A DNA stretch of 64,000 nt from the human T2T-CHM13v2.0 reference genome, Homo sapiens. Location: NCBI RefSeq assembly GCF_009914755.1, contig NC_060928.1. One strand, written 5' to 3'. Both the position numbers and the translations under genes were made by a program. The number at the start of each line of letters is the position of its first letter. The first letter of the stretch is position 1. Under the pieces are notes generated by a model that worked only from the letters and a program-made list of their open reading frames with translations, did no database searches and was not told where the DNA came from. Positions 56,887-64,000 of this stretch are shown one piece after another.

Positions 56887-58860
56887 GAAGAGCTTATTTA
56901 ATTTTTTGCTCATATTTTCAGTAAGTACAGTGTTGCCTTTTTAAATTGCTGTGTGGGACTTCATTATAAATTCTGAATACAAATCCTTTGATGTATAGAT
57001 TGCAATCATCTTCTCTTACTACATGATTTGCCTTTAGACTCTCTTTACAGTGTATTTTGATGAACTGAAGTATTCAGTTTTAAAGTAGCCCAATTAATCA
57101 ATTGTTATGTTATATATATATACTCATATATATGTGTATATATACGTATATATACACATATATATACGTATATATACACTAATATATGTATATATATACT
57201 AAAATATGTATATACGTATATATATGTGTGTGTGCACACGCGTGTGTGTGTGCGTGCGCACACAAATTTAAATCTAGAACCCCTCTGGAGTTGACTTGTA
57301 ATAGTCAAAAAAATTTTTTTCCCAAGAAGGGTATTTACATGACCTAGTACAGGTTATTGAAAAAAATTTCCTCTGTACAACAGTATTGTTATTGTCATAA
57401 ATCAAGGGATATCAATCAGGATTCAATCAGAGAAGCACCATCAGTAGAAGATAAGCAAATACATAAAGGTTTATTAAATGGATTTGCCCATGTGCAATTG
57501 TGGAGGCTGGTTGAACAGCCTATATGAGGTTATTGCTTCTGTGTCTGGTTCCAGATAGCCAAACAGAAAGGAAATATGGTTATAAAGTAGGGAAAGTATT
57601 GTCAACTGGACCCTATGAGGATGAGATAAAACCTGAACAGATAAACTGAAACTCAGGTGAGTCTCATTACTTCCAAAACCCCACCTGCAGTGATGGATCT
57701 GCAAAAGTGGATGTGCTTCCTATGGAGCTAACACGTCTAGTCCAGGGCTCAGGGAAACCGAAGGAGGAACTGCTGCAGCTGCAGGTCCAGCTGCTGCCCT
57801 GAACCAATAAGCGAGCCACCAGGTAAGTGACAGTGTGAATGAGCTACAACAGCACCTGTACTCTGTACAGACTTTGGGAATATGTTTTTAAAAATGTGCC
57901 TGCTGCTTCACCTCCAGGCTCCAAATCTCATGCCAAATGTCTCTTGTTGTCCACATCGATAAGGAAATACACAGGAAAGGGAATGTTAAGAAACGTAATT
58001 CCAGTTTAGTTATGATACAGTATAAATCCACCTTTTCTTGTATATGTGGGTCTCCTTCAGAACTCCCTGTTCTTCTCTATTGGTTTATTCATCTATTCTT
58101 GTCACAAATCACTTTTTAACTAATACAGCTTATAATGGGACTTGATATTTGATAATGTAAATCCTCCAGATATTTTCTTCCACAGATTGCTTTAAATGGG
58201 TAACTTTTGCATTTGGATTTAAATTTTAACATCAACTTGTCAATTTCCAAACAGACTAATGGGATTTGAGATTGCATTAAATTTATATATCATTTGGAGC
58301 ATAACTGAAAAATTTACATTATTGGAACTTTTAATCTAAGAACATGATTTCTTCTTTCATTTTATTAGGTCATCTTTAATGTCTTCATGTTTTTTAATTT
58401 TCAGAGTAAAACTGGCATACATTTTATTAGCTGTATGTTTTTTAATGTTATTTGAAGTATTATCTTTAAAAATAATCCATTTTCTATTTTTAAATGATAG
58501 GTATGTATAAATATAATTTAATTTGTTGTCATATTCAAAAATCTTGCTAAGCTTACTTTTTTGTTACTGTTTTCTGAATACTTTTTGACGTTTCTACATA
58601 AAAAATCATTTTAAAAACTTAGCTAATAATTACAGATTTAGTTCTCTTTTTTCATTCACATGAGTATTATTTCTTTTACTTGTTTTCTTGTACTAGCTAG
58701 GAACTCAGCTAAATGTTGAACAGAAATGGCCATAATTCACCATTTAAATAATTTACCATTAAGTCTAATGTTTATTGTATGATTTTGTAGATACTCTATC
58801 AGGTTAAGGAACCTTCCTTCTAGTCCTATGTTGAGAAGAATTTTGCTATGATGGATATCA
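56887..58860 (-). mobile_element. Ancient L1M fragments (host of the L1PA2), interrupted by a microsatellite and a probable ERVL LTR at ~57410-58018
   Basis: TCTGAATACAAATCCTTTG, GAGATTGCATTAAATTTATA, CTATCAGGTTAAGGAA. Confidence 0.6.
57108..57263. repeat. (TA)n/(TG)n/(CG) alternating purine-pyrimidine tract
   Basis: Directly visible. Confidence 0.9.
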
Positions 58861-59257
58861 TGGTAAAATTCCACTGAAACTGCTTTCCATTGTACTTTAT
58901 GAAAATTAGAAGTTGCTAATGGAGATGCCTAGAAATCATATTCCCTCCCATTTTAAGTTCTAGCAAACAGACCTTCTTTATAGCCTAAGAACATTACTTA
59001 CTCTTCTACAAAACCTATTTCTTTCTTGGATACAAACCTATAATGACAACCTTTTTGGTTCCATACACTCATCAATTTATTATCAAGAATGGAAAGAAAG
59101 TGAAGTTTCATTAAAATAGTTTTTGACACACAGAGAAAGATTAGGGATCTTTGAGGAGGTGTAGATACCATAGGTGTAAAAATTCTTGCAGATTCTGTTC
59201 TCATGTGTTCTGATGGAGCTGGGGCTCTTTGGGGAAAAGAGCAGTTTATTTAAAATA

Positions 59258-59450
59258 GAGTATATGGCATATTGTTTAAAAGCTTGGGCTCTGGAGCCAA
59301 ACTCCTTGATTTCAAATGTCTGCTCTGCCACTTGTGGATTACATTATACTGGTAATTTAAATTTCAGTTTTCTCATTTGCTAAGAGGGTGAATGTAACAA
59401 TTTCTACCTTATGGGATTGTAGCAGGATTAAAAGAGTTTGTATGTAATAT
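59258..59450 (+). mobile_element. MIR SINE
   Basis: GGGCTCTGGAGCCA, TCTGCCACTT, TCAGTTTTCTCATTTG. Confidence 0.8.
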
Positions 59451-59467
59451 ACAAACAACAGTGTCTG

Positions 59468-59685
59468 CAAAGATGGGAGCAATAGACACTGGGAACTACT
59501 AGAAGGGGAAGGAGGAAGCTGGGCAAGGTTTGAAAAACTAGCCATCAGGTACTGTGCTCACCACCTGGGTGGCAGATCATTCATATATCAAACCTCAGCA
59601 ACACACAATTTACCAATGTAACCAACCTGCACATGTACCCCTTGTACCTAAAGTAAAAGTAAAAAAACAAACAAACAAAAAAAAA
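59468..59685 (+). mobile_element. 5'-truncated L1PB/old L1PA 3'UTR
   Basis: AATAGACACTGGG, AACCTGCACATGTACCCC, A tail; TSD ~AACAGTGTYTG. Confidence 0.85.
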
Positions 59686-59711
59686 CAGTGTTTGGGATAT
59701 AAGAATCACTC

Positions 59712-59992
59712 AGCCAGGCACAATGGCTCATACCTGTAATCCCAGCACTTTGGGAGGTTGAGGCGGGCAGATCACCTAGGGTCAGGAGTTTGAGATCAGC
59801 CTGGCTAACATGGTGAAACCCTGTCTCTACTAAAAATACAAAAATTAGCCAGGGGTGGTGGTGCATGCATGTAATCCCAGCTACTCAAGAGGCTGAGGCA
59901 GGAGAATTGCTTGAACCCAGGAGGCGGAGGTTGCAGTGAGCCGAGATCGCACTACTGCACTCCAAACTGGGTGGAAGAGTGAGACTCTCTAT

Positions 59993-60023
<31 letters not shown>
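59712..60023 (+). mobile_element. AluSx-type SINE
   Basis: Full dimer with ~30-nt A tail. Confidence 0.93.
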
Positions 60024-60026
<3 letters not shown>

Positions 60027-60371
60027 CACCCAAACAAGTGTTCTTCATCATCATTAAAGCAGCAGTATCACCACATGTTTTCCTGGCAACAGCTGGCCTG
60101 TTTTCCACTGATAAGAGGTAAAAAAGGCATTGAAACAGTGAAAGAGGATGATGAAAATTGAATACTTACATGAAATACAATTTTTAGTGAAAAGTAGCAC
60201 TCAATGTTATACAACTATAGACAAGACTATAAGGTCACAATATTTTTACTTATATCATTAGAATAGCTTATTAACATTCTTATTTCAAACAATGTTCTTT
60301 TTATTCTGTTGTCAGCTTTTAGTCAAATATAATCCATGAGCTCAATAGATATCAACAAAATGAACCATTTT

Positions 60372-60678
<307 letters not shown>

Positions 60679-60739
60679 AAAATGAACCATTTTTTTTTAC
60701 CACAAGCATTTTACTATTGCTGCATATGATTATTTTGTA

Positions 60740-61140
60740 GGAAAGATGCTAGCTTTCCACCAAAGATTAATACATTTATTCTATTGCATAGTTTTATTGC
60801 TGAGAAGTGGCTGTCCAGCCAGGGACTTACTTTTCTCAGCTCTCCCCACCTTGAATCTGGAGGCAAGGGGGCACGTGAATAATTCTCCAATGTAGAATGA
60901 TGAGTGGAAGTGATGTGTGGATAAGAAGCAAATGTGTCTTCTCTCAATCTCTATTTTATTCACTGGCTGAAGAAAGAGGAGGCAGCCAGAAGATGAAGAG
61001 AGATCTGTTGCCTGACAGATCACCATGAAGTCCTCTGAATCAGAAAAAAAAAAAAAAAAGGGGGATGGTGATGTGAGCAGGAAGTATACTACTTTGTTAA
61101 GCCTCTGTGACTTCAGGGTTTTTCAGTATAGCAGCTACAT
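60740..61140 (+). mobile_element. Old MLT1 (J/K-like) LTR
   Basis: GCTGTCCAGCCAGGGACT, TTGTTAAGCCTCTG, ATAGCAGC. Confidence 0.55.
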
Positions 61141-61322
61141 TCTTCAATATATGATTCAATACCCTGAAGAATCAAAACTGAGAAGAGAATAACGTATTTA
61201 TTAAGGTAAGAGATGTAGGGAAGACACATTTGAGTCCATTTTGCTTTAGATGTCTTTATTGATCTGAGTTTTTCAAGCAAATAAAATACTTATTTAAATG
61301 ATGAGTCTCTGGCCATAATCTT

Positions 61323-61625
61323 TTTTTTTTTTTTTTTTTTTTTTGACATGGAGTTTCACTCTGTTGCCCAGGCTGGAGTGCAGTTGCGCAATCTCAGCTC
61401 ACTCCAACCTCCACCTCCCAGGTTCAAGCGATTCTTGTGCTCAGCCTCCTGAGTAGCTGGGATTACAGGCGCCCGCCAGCACACCTGGATAATTTTCATA
61501 TTTCTAGTAGAGGTGGATTTTCACTGGGTTGGCCAGTCTGGTCTTGAACTCCTGACCTTAAGTGATCCACCGCCTTGTCCTCTCAAAATGCTGGGATTAC
61601 AGGCGTGAGCTACCACGCCCGGTCT
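61323..61625 (-). mobile_element. AluS-type SINE
   Basis: Full dimer; TSD CTGGCCATAATCTT. Confidence 0.93.
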
Positions 61626-62035
61626 CTGGCCATAATCTTCGCAGTTATATTTTACAACTGATTTGGAAGTGGTAAAGTCTGCTTGCAAACTTTTGTAACA
61701 TGGTCGGAAGGCGGATGTGGAAAAGCCATTCCTTTTGTTGAGAGCTTTGTATTTGAATAATTCTATCTAGAAGTTGGCTGAAGAGAGAGATAAGACTAAA
61801 GGGCATGGGCAAATAACAGAAGATTATTTAAATGCCTTCTCAGAGTTTGGGTTCATTGATGTAGAAGGCATCTTTTGTTGAGATCAGTTATGGCTTTGGG
61901 TGGGCGAGTAGTTTGTGCAGGGCACCTAGACAACAAGGGATCTGAGCTTCCTGCAAGAAATATAAGAGAGGGAGGAAGTGCTGCTATACAGACATAGCGT
62001 GGGAAGAGTAAAAAAAAAAAAAGAAAAAAAGAAAA

Positions 62036-62409
<374 letters not shown>

Positions 62410-62517
62410 TTAGTGAGGCATGCAATGTGAAAAAAGTGTGCATGTTCATGCTTGTGTAAGTATTTTAAAGAAACGAATTGTATTTGTCATTTAATTTGCT
62501 TCTAAAGCAGACATAGC

Positions 62518-62875
62518 ATGTACCAGAGGCTGGGAAGGGTAGTGGGGGTGAGGAGGAAGGGTAGTGGGGGTGGGGAGGAATTATGGTTACTGGATTTTAA
62601 AAAATGGTTAGAAATAATAAGACCTAGTATTTGATAGCACAGTAGGGGAACTATAGTCATTAATAATTAAGTTGTACATTTAGAAATAACTAAAAGAGTA
62701 CACTAGGATTGTTTGTAATACAAAGGACAAATTTGTATTACAAATTTGTAATGGATGCTTCATTTACCATTATATGATTACTATGCATTGCTTGCATGCC
62801 TGTGTCAAAGTATCTCATGTACCTCATAAATATATACACCTACCATGTGCCTGCAAAAGTTAAAAATAAAAAAAC
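62518..62875 (+). mobile_element. L1MA-type 3'UTR fragment
   Basis: TACCAGAGGCTGGGAAGGGTAG, AATAAGACCTAGTATTTGATAGCAC, ATAAATATATACACCTAC. Confidence 0.85.
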
Positions 62876-64000
62876 AGATATAACATGTATGGATACAGGG
62901 ACAGAATGATTCAGGGGCTGTAATAGTGTTCCATTGTGTACATATCCTACATTTTCTTTGTCCACTCATCTGTTGGTGTCACTTAGGTGATTCCATACAT
63001 TAGTGATTATGAATAATACTTGCCCTTTTCTTTCATTTATTTTTATATTTTTCTTTCTTTTCCTTTCCTTTTTTATTCCTAGAAGTATTTTAATTTTAAA
63101 ATATAAATTATGATTGTGTTAATTACCTTCATTTTGATGCCTTTTTTGATTAATATTTTTGGGGATTGAAGAAATGAGTATTTTTTAATGTATCTAACAT
63201 CAAGGCTCTTATTTGTTTCTCCATTATTAGTGACAAAATAGTGACCAAAATCAACCTTGATCAGTGAAACAATTGTGTAGCCCCCAATCCTTCCCTATCC
63301 TACACAACATGAAAGCTACATCTTTGTGAGAGCTCTCTAAGTTGGATGGAAGAAGCTTCTGATAAAATTGATCAGCATGGAATTTTGTAAAATTTAACTA
63401 TTTTTTGGCCTGGAAATTAAACTGATGTATTACCAGAAAAGTTGATTTTTGTTAAGCAGTGTTTTATGCTATCCTATTTAAAATTATTCAGGGAGTCCAT
63501 TCTGACAAAGCAGGCATCTGAAAAATTTTTCTGGAAATTGAAAATGCTTAAGAAATAACTGTTATAGAAACTAAAACTAAAAATAATTTTGGATTATTAA
63601 ATTGAAGATAACATCTATCAAGTACTTCATTATCTTTCTCTGACACCAGATATATATTTTTCTTTATTGCTGGAATAGAGCTTTGGCTGTCCTTTGTGGC
63701 CTTCTCAATCAAATCCATCCTATTTTGTTGGGCAGTATTTGTGTCATGCATTTACATTTTAAAAGTTGTAGTCTAGGCAGTGTGACTTTCAAACAATTGA
63801 CAAACCTATTCCCATGTCAAACCCTCTGCTTAATCAGCAGTCACTTTATTCCCACTCTTTTCAAAGGCACTGGAACTGCCTGAAAAGCTAAGGGACAATT
63901 CAAGAGAGTGTGCTGGGCTGGTCCCCTCCAGTGTCTGTCTATTCAAATTCACCCTTGTAATCTAGTGAAGAAGGGGTGTGCTTCAACCGCACCGTCACAG

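Overview
Repeat-rich, AT-rich hominoid (probably human) genomic DNA, most consistent with a large intron or an intergenic region. Much of the window is transposable-element derived: one full-length but frameshifted L1PA2-type LINE-1 (50823-56873, minus strand), older L1 and L2 fragments, 12 Alus, and many solo LTRs (MER11, MER50, THE1/MST/MLT, MLT2, MER57-like). No multi-exon protein-coding gene could be reconstructed; one 33-nt candidate exon with strong splice sites lies at 29781-29813 (+). I found no evidence for a new multi-gene biological system. The most unusual structures are a MER11 (HML-8) solo LTR flanked by a ~545-bp direct duplication instead of a 5-6 bp TSD, a 5'-truncated L1PA3-like insertion carrying a ~178-bp 3' transduction, a (TCAGGGG)4 expansion in the L1 5'UTR, nested or shared-site LTR insertions, and several template-switch-like scars. 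Repeat subfamily names come from recalled consensus sequences, not from a database run, and boundaries of old elements are approximate.
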